Assembly (NCBI GenBank): GCA_965227295.1
Contig: OZ245742.1
Span: forward strand, 2,464,001 to 2,528,000
From: Leptonemataceae bacterium
Lineage (GTDB): Bacteria > Spirochaetota > Leptospiria > Leptospirales > Leptonemataceae
Reading direction: 5' to 3'
DNA length: 64,000 bases
Shown one piece after another: positions 1 to 8,171 of the stretch. Below the pieces are notes generated by a model. It had not been told where the DNA came from. It worked only from the letters and a program-made list of their open reading frames with translations, and did no database searches. The position numbers and the translations under genes were made by a program. Positions within the stretch are counted from its first letter, which is position 1; every line of letters starts with the position of its first letter.

Positions 1-137
1 AGTCCGGTAGATTGCAGGTGGCTTTGATCAACACGCAGACCGGCGAAACCGTGGAAGAGATCCCGTCCGCGAAGCTGTTGGAGTTCTCGAGCGCGATGCA
101 AGAACTCGGCGGTCTGCTGTTTGAGAAACGCGCTTAA
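1..137 (+). CDS. flaG: flagellar protein FlaG, 3' end (partial)
   Basis: Frame from nt 3 reads SGRLQVALINTQTGETVEEIPSAKLLEFSSAMQELGGLLFEKRA*, matching the FlaG C-terminal pattern (V..D..TGE..R.IP....L.......GLL.D); TAA at 135-137. Confidence 0.75.
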   Translation, partial: SGRLQVALINTQTGETVEEIPSAKLLEFSSAMQELGGLLFEKRA

Positions 138-257
138 GCTTCGTTAAAAATTGCGCGCTGGAAGTTAGCGCACAGGCGTTTGTACGAAACGCGACCGCCG
201 CGGGGGAGAGACCGCGGTGGTCGTGTTTTGTTTCTTGGCGGGCGCTGTCGTCTGCAC

Positions 258-2390
258 CTAATCCTTTTTCTCACCGAAGGTGAAGTTATCGAGGTTGCTC
301 CGAATTTGCGCGCAGGTCGGTTCATTGGTGCCCGGGATGTTGCGTCCGATGATCGGCCCTTCGGGGGTGCCGGTCTGTGTGGGGGAAGATCCTTCCGTAA
401 GGCCGAATTTCGTACGCAGTCCCCGCAGGACACCACGGAGTTCCGAAGTGGTACGTAGATCGTAGCTGGAGGTCGCCCACGGCCCCGGCGCCTGGAACGA
501 AAGGACCTCGCCGCGTTCTTTGCGCCCGGCTTCTCCATGGGGAACCCGGAACCCGAGGAGTTCAAAAAAACCGCGCTTGCCGACATTCAGATTGTTTGCG
601 GCCTGGGTCATGGCCGAGGTCAGGTCCTTGACACTTTCGCCGCCGCGGCCGCCTACGCCGTCAGTCAGTACGATTAATGCGTGATTCTGACGCTCACGAG
701 TATCGCCCTCGGCCGTGGTATTCGCTTCCTTGATGGAATCAAGAATCGCGCTCTTCAGGGGAGTGCCTTCGGTGGCCTCGGCATCCAGGCATTCCAGAAG
801 CCGGGCTGCCAGGCGGGCCCGGGTCAATTCACCGATGTTGGTCACGGACGTATCCGTGTTGAAGCCGGTATCGAAACTAATGAGTCCGCCGGAACTGCCT
901 TGAAAGAAGGCCTTGAAGACAACTCGAATATCCACGCCGGGCGCGAACCTGCGCGGAAGAAGTTCTTCGCGTACGGCCGCCGCGGCGCGCTGATACAATC
1001 GGTTCTCGATCTGCGCGGCATCGGTGCCCGTAGGAATGCGATTCGCCTGGCTCTCGGATTCTTCGCCGGTCTTGACGTCGCGAAACATGCTGCCGCTCAT
1101 ATCGACGAGAACCGTGATTTGATCGATTTGCGTTCGTTCTTCTTTCGGGAACGTGATGGTTTTGATATCGACGCCGGGCACACTATCCGCGCCGCCGGTA
1201 TGTTTGATCACAATGTAATTTGCGCCGCCGGCCCGTGTACTCTCGCCGCCTCGAATGGGTTGCTTCGATGTCGCTTCCGTAATGTTTGCGATGGGGAATG
1301 TGTCGGCCGATGCCGGAGTGTTTCCGGGGGTGACGCCTCGCGCGGCCAGGACGTGATACGTTTCCGACGGATCCTCATCCTGCAAGATAAAGCTCGTGAC
1401 CTGGTTGCCGGTTTGTGCCGGTGGATCGAGCCATATTTCGATCATTCCGAACGAACCGGTCGAGTCGTAGTTGGATGCGTCGGCGAATCGGGACGGCGTG
1501 ATCGTCTCCGTGACGAATTTGCCGCCTTTTTTGTAAGTCCTCTGGGCCCTTACGATTTGCGGTTGTCTGGCGCCCGGGCCGGTCGACACCGCCGGGATCC
1601 GGATGATGCCGGCAGAGGCCGCCGCCGAGGTGCCGTACACCTTGCCCTGCGCATCGAAGGCCTGCACCACGATGCGATCCGTCGGTGCGACGGTGACGTT
1701 CTCGACGCGGCCGCCGGCACCGATTGCATGCGCCGCTTCTGATCCGTCACGGTATTGGTCGTCCTGCTTGAGCACGCGCAGGTTTCCGCGTGCGGCCGGA
1801 GTTCCGCCGATGTGAACCGTGTAACTCTTCGTTTGCAGAGCTGTAGTGCCGCCCGGTTCTTCCTGGCGTTGGATCAACGGCATGCGTGCGACGGTGCTGC
1901 TTTGTTGTATCGTGTGCGCAAGCTCGTGGGCCATCAGGTGTCTGCCGCGGTTTGAGCTCGCATCGTACTGGCCGGCGCCGAAGTAAATGTTGCGGCCGAT
2001 CGTAAACGCGCGTGCGCCGATCCCTTCCGCCGCGCGATGGGCGGCGGCGCCGTCGCGGATGCGCACGTTACTGAAATCGTAGCCCATCCGCGATTCGAAG
2101 AAGTCGCGCTCGTTTCGTTCGAGAGAACGCGAACCGGCCTGGTCGGCCGCGTGGATGTGTGCCTCGGCGTCGGGGCTGATCGGGGAACCACCGGCGCCGG
2201 GTTGTTCCGTGCGCATCAAACGTTTCGATGACTCTCCGTTGACGGCGCGTTCTGCCGCGCGGTCTGCTTCCTGTTCGGTTGCATCACTGGCTTCACTTAC
2301 GCGTAACTTAGCGCGAACGAACTTCGGCGGGCTGGAGTTGCTCGCGGATGCCTTCGGTGCGGTTTGCGGGGCGGCGGTTTTTTGCGACAT
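258..2390 (-). CDS. DUF4157 (eCIS core) domain protein with C-terminal VWA domain
   Basis: [34 protein letters not shown] (DUF4157); VWA MIDAS elements [24 protein letters not shown]. Confidence 0.85.
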   Translation of the reverse strand: MSQKTAAPQTAPKASASNSSPPKFVRAKLRVSEASDATEQEADRAAERAVNGESSKRLMRTEQPGAGGSPISPDAEAHIHAADQAGSRSLERNERDFFESRMGYDFSNVRIRDGAAAHRAAEGIGARAFTIGRNIYFGAGQYDASSNRGRHLMAHELAHTIQQSSTVARMPLIQRQEEPGGTTALQTKSYTVHIGGTPAARGNLRVLKQDDQYRDGSEAAHAIGAGGRVENVTVAPTDRIVVQAFDAQGKVYGTSAAASAGIIRIPAVSTGPGARQPQIVRAQRTYKKGGKFVTETITPSRFADASNYDSTGSFGMIEIWLDPPAQTGNQVTSFILQDEDPSETYHVLAARGVTPGNTPASADTFPIANITEATSKQPIRGGESTRAGGANYIVIKHTGGADSVPGVDIKTITFPKEERTQIDQITVLVDMSGSMFRDVKTGEESESQANRIPTGTDAAQIENRLYQRAAAAVREELLPRRFAPGVDIRVVFKAFFQGSSGGLISFDTGFNTDTSVTNIGELTRARLAARLLECLDAEATEGTPLKSAILDSIKEANTTAEGDTRERQNHALIVLTDGVGGRGGESVKDLTSAMTQAANNLNVGKRGFFELLGFRVPHGEAGRKERGEVLSFQAPGPWATSSYDLRTTSELRGVLRGLRTKFGLTEGSSPTQTGTPEGPIIGRNIPGTNEPTCAQIRSNLDNFTFGEKKD

Positions 2391-2413
2391 GTGTTACTCG
2401 ACTCGCGGAGATT

Positions 2414-3163
2414 TCAGCAACCGCACGATCTACGGCCGGTCGGATAACAGCAGCTCGGGCCGCCGCACTTTACGCAGTAGTACAGCTTGTGGACGTAGTC
2501 ATAGTAGGAATTCATACCGCGTCGGGTACAGGAATACGAATCGGCATATCCTTGATACGGGTCACTGTCGACGACGCGACAGGATTGCTGCTTCTCCTTT
2601 TCGTTGTTGGAACCTTTATCATCATCCAACCCGTAAATCGTCTGTCGGTGTATGACGGCGCCGGTGCCCGTGGAAGCGGGGCTGCCGTTTTGCATTGTAT
2701 GGGCGAGTTCGTGGGCCATGAGCCCGCGGTTGCGAGAGGAGTCCGCCTGGTACTCGCCGGCACGTAGAAAGATGTTTTTGCCGATCGTAAAGGCGCGGGC
2801 CTCCAGGCTTTCCGCGGCACGATGGGCTTCGCTTCCGTCGTGGATGCGAACATCACTGAAGTCGTACCCCATGCGTGATTCGTAAAACCGTCGTTCGGTG
2901 CCGCTCAACGCGCGCGAACGGCTGCCGGCCGCGGCGCGAACGCGAGTCTGTGATTCCTCCGTGATCGGACGACCGGCGGAACGGAATCCCGAAGGGCTGC
3001 CGGGACGCCTTCCGTGCATGGCCTGGCTGGCGAGTTGATCAGCTTCTCGCTCGGCAGCATCATTCGCATCACTGACGCGTAACTTTGCGCGAACGAACTT
3101 CGGCAGTTCGGCTGCGGGTTTCGGGCTTTTGCGGCGGACCGCGGATTTTCGGGACATGGACAT
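2414..3163 (-). CDS. DUF4157 domain protein with short 8-Cys C-terminal peptide
   Basis: DUF4157 motifs (MGYDFSDVRIH, ARAFTIG, AHELAHTMQ); about 75-aa tail ending YCVKCGGPSCCYPTGRRSCGC; start may be the second Met (3157). Confidence 0.85.
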   Translation of the reverse strand: MSMSRKSAVRRKSPKPAAELPKFVRAKLRVSDANDAAEREADQLASQAMHGRRPGSPSGFRSAGRPITEESQTRVRAAAGSRSRALSGTERRFYESRMGYDFSDVRIHDGSEAHRAAESLEARAFTIGKNIFLRAGEYQADSSRNRGLMAHELAHTMQNGSPASTGTGAVIHRQTIYGLDDDKGSNNEKEKQQSCRVVDSDPYQGYADSYSCTRRGMNSYYDYVHKLYYCVKCGGPSCCYPTGRRSCGC

Positions 3164-3368
3164 ACCTCCGGAACGTTCTGACTCGATACTATATCCGGAC
3201 CGGGAGGACTGCGAGGACTTCCCCGCGCTGCCGGTGTAAATCGGCGGATTCTGACCGGCGTTTTTTCACATACTTGTGCATCGACAGTGTTTTTTGTAGC
3301 ATTTGCAACGTCCGTCCGCATGACCCCGCCGGCCTTGGTAAAATCTGTGCACGTAAAGTTAGTGCTCC

Positions 3369-4517
3369 TTACTTTATGGGCACGCGTTTGCGCGCCTCCT
3401 CGACGTCCAGCTTCGGTCGTTCCGGTTCCTGATTGCTGACGTCGGCCGGATCCGTGCTGTGGCGATAGCTTTCCCAGGCGCTGAGAACCACGTAGGGGCG
3501 CCCGGGGAAAGTACTACCGATGTACGTCTTAATGTGCCCGCTGATGCTGCGGTTTTTGGCTGAGTTCGGATCGAAGTTATAGTAATCGCGAATCCGTCGT
3601 TCTCCCACAAACGTAAAGTGAAGTCCGTCGAAACTTAGATCCCCACGAAATTCCACCGTGAATTGCCCGAGCGTATTCGGGCTGCGGGCGTAGCCGGGGC
3701 GTTGGGCTTTGATCTTACGCACGGCGGTTTGCCCGGTGCGCCGCTGCTCCTCGACCAGCGGGTCCATGATTGCCACGTATTCCTCGGTCAGGTTTACGTC
3801 TCGAATGATGGGACTTAATCTACGTACGTCGCCTGGCGTCAGAATTAAATCTTCGCCGCTGCCGGCGAGATAGTGACGCAGGAGCTTGCCCCCGATCCGC
3901 GAGAAGAGCAAGGGAAGGCCCTCTCGAATGATCGGATGCGCCTCGCTGCCTTCTTCGGCCTTCTCGTCTTCCACCACGGGTTGCCGCTGTACAAAGGGCG
4001 ACGCCTGTGGGGCCGCTGTTGCGACGCGGTTTTGTTGGATTGTGTGCGTCAGTTCGTGCGCCATGAGATGGCGGCCGTTTTTGGAGTTCGCATTGTACTC
4101 ACCGGATGCGAAGTAGATATTGTTTCCGATCGTGAAGGCCCGCGCACCGATGCTCTTCGCCGCCTGGTTTGCTTCGGAGCTGTGGTGAATGCGAACCTTG
4201 CTGAAATCGTAACCCATGCGCGACTCGTAGAAACCGCGCTCGGCCTGACTCAGCCGGTGCGATCCGCCGGCGTTCGCCCGTCGAACGGATTGTTCGGCTT
4301 GCTCGCTTAAGGGAAGGCCGCTGGAGTCCGGCTGTTCCAGGCGACCGGCGTCGACGGGAGCTTCACCGCGTACGGCCCGTGCGGCCAAGCGATCGGCTTC
4401 TTGCTCGGCGGCATCGCCGCGACCGCCGAGGCGCAGCTTCGCCTGGACGAACTTCGGCGGCGCGGCCTGTGCGAAATTCGATGCGGATCTTCGGCGTGCA
4501 GTGGTCCTTCGAGCCAT
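3369..4517 (-). CDS. DUF4157 domain protein with colicin M-like (lipid II hydrolase) C-terminal domain
   Basis: DUF4157 core, then HYLAGSG...LGQFTVEFRGDL...FTFVGERRIRDYYNFD...NRSISG...GSTFPGRPY, colinear with colicin M catalytic-domain motifs as recalled. Confidence 0.8.
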   Translation of the reverse strand: MARRTTARRRSASNFAQAAPPKFVQAKLRLGGRGDAAEQEADRLAARAVRGEAPVDAGRLEQPDSSGLPLSEQAEQSVRRANAGGSHRLSQAERGFYESRMGYDFSKVRIHHSSEANQAAKSIGARAFTIGNNIYFASGEYNANSKNGRHLMAHELTHTIQQNRVATAAPQASPFVQRQPVVEDEKAEEGSEAHPIIREGLPLLFSRIGGKLLRHYLAGSGEDLILTPGDVRRLSPIIRDVNLTEEYVAIMDPLVEEQRRTGQTAVRKIKAQRPGYARSPNTLGQFTVEFRGDLSFDGLHFTFVGERRIRDYYNFDPNSAKNRSISGHIKTYIGSTFPGRPYVVLSAWESYRHSTDPADVSNQEPERPKLDVEEARKRVPIK

Positions 4518-4730
4518 GGAGCTTTCCTTGTGATGATATCCTCCGATACTGAGCGCGAGCGCACGGAACGCCAGGACTTCCAGGTCCGGCCCGCGACGTA
4601 GGACGGTTTTCGTCGGCCTCGTTGCACATAGTTTTGCATTCGTCGTAACCTCTGCAAGATTTGCAGGGTCCGGGCGTCCGTCCGTATAACCCCGGGCGAC
4701 AGCCGCGGCCCGAGCGGTTACAATCAGCGC

Positions 4731-6275
4731 ATGAAAACGATCCTTTACGTATTGCTCACGATCTTCGGCGGTCTGCTCGCCGCGGCCGGCACAGGTGCCT
4801 GGATGTTATTTCCGCCGGGCCTCGATGTTCCGCCGCGCGAGCGCGTTGTCATTGCCGATGTTACGCTCATCAATCCGGGCCTGGAACGTACGGACGGCGC
4901 GCACGTGCTCATCGCAGACGGGGTGGTGCGTGAAATTCGCAAAGCGCCGCTTAATGTGACGCAGGAAGATGCGCCGCGCACGCGCGTCATTGACGGGCGC
5001 GGCAAGTTTTTGCTGCCCGGCTTAATCGACATGCACGTGCACTTAGCGCCGCGGACCGCGATCGGGAATCCGGAGTTGTTTCAGTTGTTGTTCCTTGCCC
5101 ACGGAGTAACGGCGATCCGGGACATGGGGACGACGGACGGCAACGTCTTTGCGCTGCGCGAGCGTGTAAACGCCGGCGAGATTCCCGGGACGCGGATCTA
5201 TGCGGTGGGGCGTTTGCTCGACGGCACGCCGAAGTCCTGGCCCATTGCGCGCGAGGTCGCCGGCCCGGACGATGCAGCGATTGCCGTTCGCGAGCAGGTG
5301 GAAGCCGGCGCCGACTTCATTAAGGTCTACACGAAGCTGGATGCGCCGTCCCTGCGCGCGATCCACACGGCGGCGCGGGAGATGGATCGCCGGGCGATCG
5401 GCCACATACCCATTGCCGTCCCGTTCGAGCAGTCCGGGGTGAGCGATGCGCAGCATTTCGAAGAAGTGATTCAGTACGACGCGCCCGATGACCGGACCGT
5501 GCGCATTGCGAACAAACAACGCCGCTATCGGAACCTGGGCGAGGCGGAGTATCGTAAGATTGTACAAACATCTCTTGATCAAAACATAGCGCACACGCCG
5601 ACGTTGCTGAACGGTCGTCGTCGGTTGTGGTTGCAGGAATTCGAGCGGGCGCGGCAATCGGAGCCGGCCCTGCTTTTGCCGCGACTCTGGTCGGACGTGG
5701 TGTGGAAACCGTCGGATCGTTACGCGGCCGAGGGCGCGGCGAACGAGATGAATGCCGGGGACGATCATGCACACGACGAAGAGTGGTGGTATCGTTTCGC
5801 GTGTGATATGACCGGCCGCCTGCATCGCGAAGGCGTGCGCATTCACGCGGGCACGGATATTCTGATGCCCTTCGTGGTGCCCGGGGAGAGTCTGATCGGT
5901 GAGATCGAAGAGTTGCATCGTTGTGGTCTTTCTCGCGAAGACGCCCTGGCCGCGGCGACGACGTGGGCGGGGGAGTTTCTGGCAAGCGCCGGCAGTCACG
6001 GCGGCGTGAGCGGGGAGGGCGCGACGTGTTACGGCTCGGTTCCGCCGGGGCGTGTGGTCGTGGGCGCGCCGGCGGATTTGGTGTTGTTTGCTAAGTCACC
6101 GCTGGATGATCTTAGTGCACTTCGGGAACGGGACGTTGTGATTGCCGGTGGGCGCGTGTATGAGCAGGATGTGCTGGATGGGATGGTGGAGCGGTATCGC
6201 GCGCATTTTCGCGGGTGGTGGTATGATGGGATTATGACGGGGGTGGCCGCGTGGTTGAAGGGTGGGTATCAGTGA
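4731..6275 (+). CDS. amidohydrolase family protein (metal-dependent), N-terminal membrane anchor
   Basis: LLPGLIDMHVH, GADFIKVY, HAGTD and GAPADLV motifs. Confidence 0.9.
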   Translation: MKTILYVLLTIFGGLLAAAGTGAWMLFPPGLDVPPRERVVIADVTLINPGLERTDGAHVLIADGVVREIRKAPLNVTQEDAPRTRVIDGRGKFLLPGLIDMHVHLAPRTAIGNPELFQLLFLAHGVTAIRDMGTTDGNVFALRERVNAGEIPGTRIYAVGRLLDGTPKSWPIAREVAGPDDAAIAVREQVEAGADFIKVYTKLDAPSLRAIHTAAREMDRRAIGHIPIAVPFEQSGVSDAQHFEEVIQYDAPDDRTVRIANKQRRYRNLGEAEYRKIVQTSLDQNIAHTPTLLNGRRRLWLQEFERARQSEPALLLPRLWSDVVWKPSDRYAAEGAANEMNAGDDHAHDEEWWYRFACDMTGRLHREGVRIHAGTDILMPFVVPGESLIGEIEELHRCGLSREDALAAATTWAGEFLASAGSHGGVSGEGATCYGSVPPGRVVVGAPADLVLFAKSPLDDLSALRERDVVIAGGRVYEQDVLDGMVERYRAHFRGWWYDGIMTGVAAWLKGGYQ

Positions 6276-6277
6276 GA

Positions 6278-6996
6278 TTAGAACTCGCCGCGTCGGAGCT
6301 CGGCGATGCGCGGTCCAAACAGGCGGAATTGCGGTGGTCGCATCTGCCAGTACAGCATCGTGTAGTAGTCCTCGGCGATCTTGCATTGCTGCTCGCGATT
6401 GAAGTCTCGGAAACGTTTCGTCTCCAGTTCGCTCCAATCGTAGGCATACGAGTTACCGATGGTTTGCAGCATGAACTTGCGGCCGACCGCTTCGTACTGC
6501 GCCACGTGGACGAGCTCGTGGATCATCATGGCCATGGCCAGATTACCCGGCGCCGTATGGATCGGATCGTTGTAGTGAATTGTGTACCCGGTGACCACGC
6601 CGGCTCTGGCTGTCTTGCTTCGTAAATACTGAAGCGGAGCCTGCCAGCTTTTTTTGAAGAAGTATCCGAGTTCGGGGAGGATGCCGTTGGGATTGATGAT
6701 AACCTTTGTAATCAATGCTGTTGCCGAGCACCCTGCGGGCTTCGGCGATTTCGACGGATCTCAGGCCGCGCTGTTCTTCGGTGGCCGGGTTTTCGTTTTG
6801 CCGCTCCGGCTCCGTCTGACGGCGTACCTGCGGCGTGATCGTTTTTGCCTGTTGTATATGAACCAGTTCGTGAGCGAGGAACCGTCGGCCTGCGCTTGTG
6901 CCGGGTTGATACTTGCCGGCTCCGAAGAAGACGTCTTTACCGAGACTCGCCTGCGGCTGTAGACCGATGGAGGCCCTTTGTTTCGTCCCTGGTCAT
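6278..6996 (-). pseudogene. decayed DUF4157 protein with a second HExxH domain
   Basis: RBS+ATG at 6996 stops after 19 codons; another frame gives the DUF4157 tail LGKDVFFGAGKYQPGTSAGRRFLAHELVHIQQ; frameshift near 6705 into KVIINP...MIHELVHVAQYE...EQQ; the N-terminal half of DUF4157 is missing. Confidence 0.75.
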
Positions 6997-7014
6997 GTAA
7001 AAGCTCCCCTTATC

Positions 7015-8169
7015 TGTACTAGCCAACACCCGATCTGACACTCCTGCCTGTCAGGTATAATCAGGCCGATGCCTGATGCTGTTTATCCAGCATCTTTTCA
7101 CGCGCCACAGCGACGGAATCAGCGAACGTTTGCGCCGGCGTCTTGCCGAAGCAGTACTTGCCGCTGTGCGTCCGTTCCTGGTTGTACTCCAGCATCCATT
7201 CATCCAGACCGGCTTGCAGCTCCTCGATGCTTGAGTAGAGTTTCTTGCGAAACGCCACGGCGTAGAATTCTTCCTGGATCGTCTTGTGGAAACGTTCGCA
7301 GACGCCGTTCGTTTGCGGATGCCGCGTTTTGGTTTTCGTATGGTCGATGTCCTCCATCACGAGATACAACTCGTACTCGTGATTCTCCGGCTTGCCGCAG
7401 TACTCCGTGCCGCGATCGGTCAACACCCGCAGCAGCGGGATGTTGTAATCCGCGTAGAAAGGAAGCACACGATCGTTTAGCAAATCGGCCGCCGTCAGCG
7501 CGTTCTTGCGATCGTAAAGTTTCGCAAAACCGACCTTAGCGTACGTATCGATGAACGTTTGCTGGTAGATCCGCCCCACGCCCTTGATATTGCCAACGTA
7601 ATACGTGTCCTGCGAGCCCAGATAGCCGGGGTGATGCGATTCGATCTCGCCGTGCGCTTCTTTGTCCTGACGGCCTTTCTCAAGCGCCGCGACCTGTGCC
7701 TCGGTGAGAATGATCCCCTCTTGCGCGACGCGGGCCTCCAGCGCCTTCAGACGCTTCTTGAACGTCTCCATGTCGTGCCGCAACCAGACCTGACGCACGC
7801 CGCCCGGTGAGATTGAAACGCCGCGCTTGCGCAGCTCATTCGACACACGCAGTTGACCGTGCGCCGGCTTCTCGAACGTGAACTCGATCACCGCGGCTTC
7901 CACATCCGCCGGAATCCGATTCTTCTTGTTCGGTTTGCGCCGCGTGAGATCCTTGAGAGCTTCTTCTCCGCCGGTCTCGTACGCCCGCTCGTAACGGTAA
8001 AACGTATCGCGTGATACGCCCATCACCCGGCAAGCCTCTGCAACGTTACCCAGAGTACGGGCCAGCTTCAAGATACCCACCCGGTGCTTTACGATTTTTT
8101 GTTCTGCTGTCATCTCTTTCCTCCGATACAAATTATATCGGAGTGTCAGATGGAATCTTGACTATCTCA
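7015..8169 (-). mobile_element. IS481 family insertion sequence, complete
   Basis: 30-bp imperfect terminal inverted repeats (7015-7044 TGTACTAGCCAACACCCGATCTGACACTCC; 8140-8169; 22/30 match); 7-bp direct repeat CCTTATC at 7008-7014 and 8170-8176. Confidence 0.92.
7061..8113 (-). CDS. IS481 family transposase
   Basis: N-terminal HTH (GNVAEACRVMGVSRDTFYRY), DDE core (SQDT, LTDRGTEY, PQTNGVCERFH); ATG at 8113 behind GGAGG. Confidence 0.95.
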   Translation of the reverse strand: MTAEQKIVKHRVGILKLARTLGNVAEACRVMGVSRDTFYRYERAYETGGEEALKDLTRRKPNKKNRIPADVEAAVIEFTFEKPAHGQLRVSNELRKRGVSISPGGVRQVWLRHDMETFKKRLKALEARVAQEGIILTEAQVAALEKGRQDKEAHGEIESHHPGYLGSQDTYYVGNIKGVGRIYQQTFIDTYAKVGFAKLYDRKNALTAADLLNDRVLPFYADYNIPLLRVLTDRGTEYCGKPENHEYELYLVMEDIDHTKTKTRHPQTNGVCERFHKTIQEEFYAVAFRKKLYSSIEELQAGLDEWMLEYNQERTHSGKYCFGKTPAQTFADSVAVAREKMLDKQHQASA

Positions 8170-8171
8170 CC

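Noticed and set aside
681..1742. 353-aa plus-strand ORF
   Set aside because: Antisense shadow of the DUF4157-VWA gene; no motifs
4731..6275. Amidohydrolase as an immunity gene of the DUF4157 array
   Set aside because: Opposite strand, common metabolic family, nothing in the sequence links it to the cargoes
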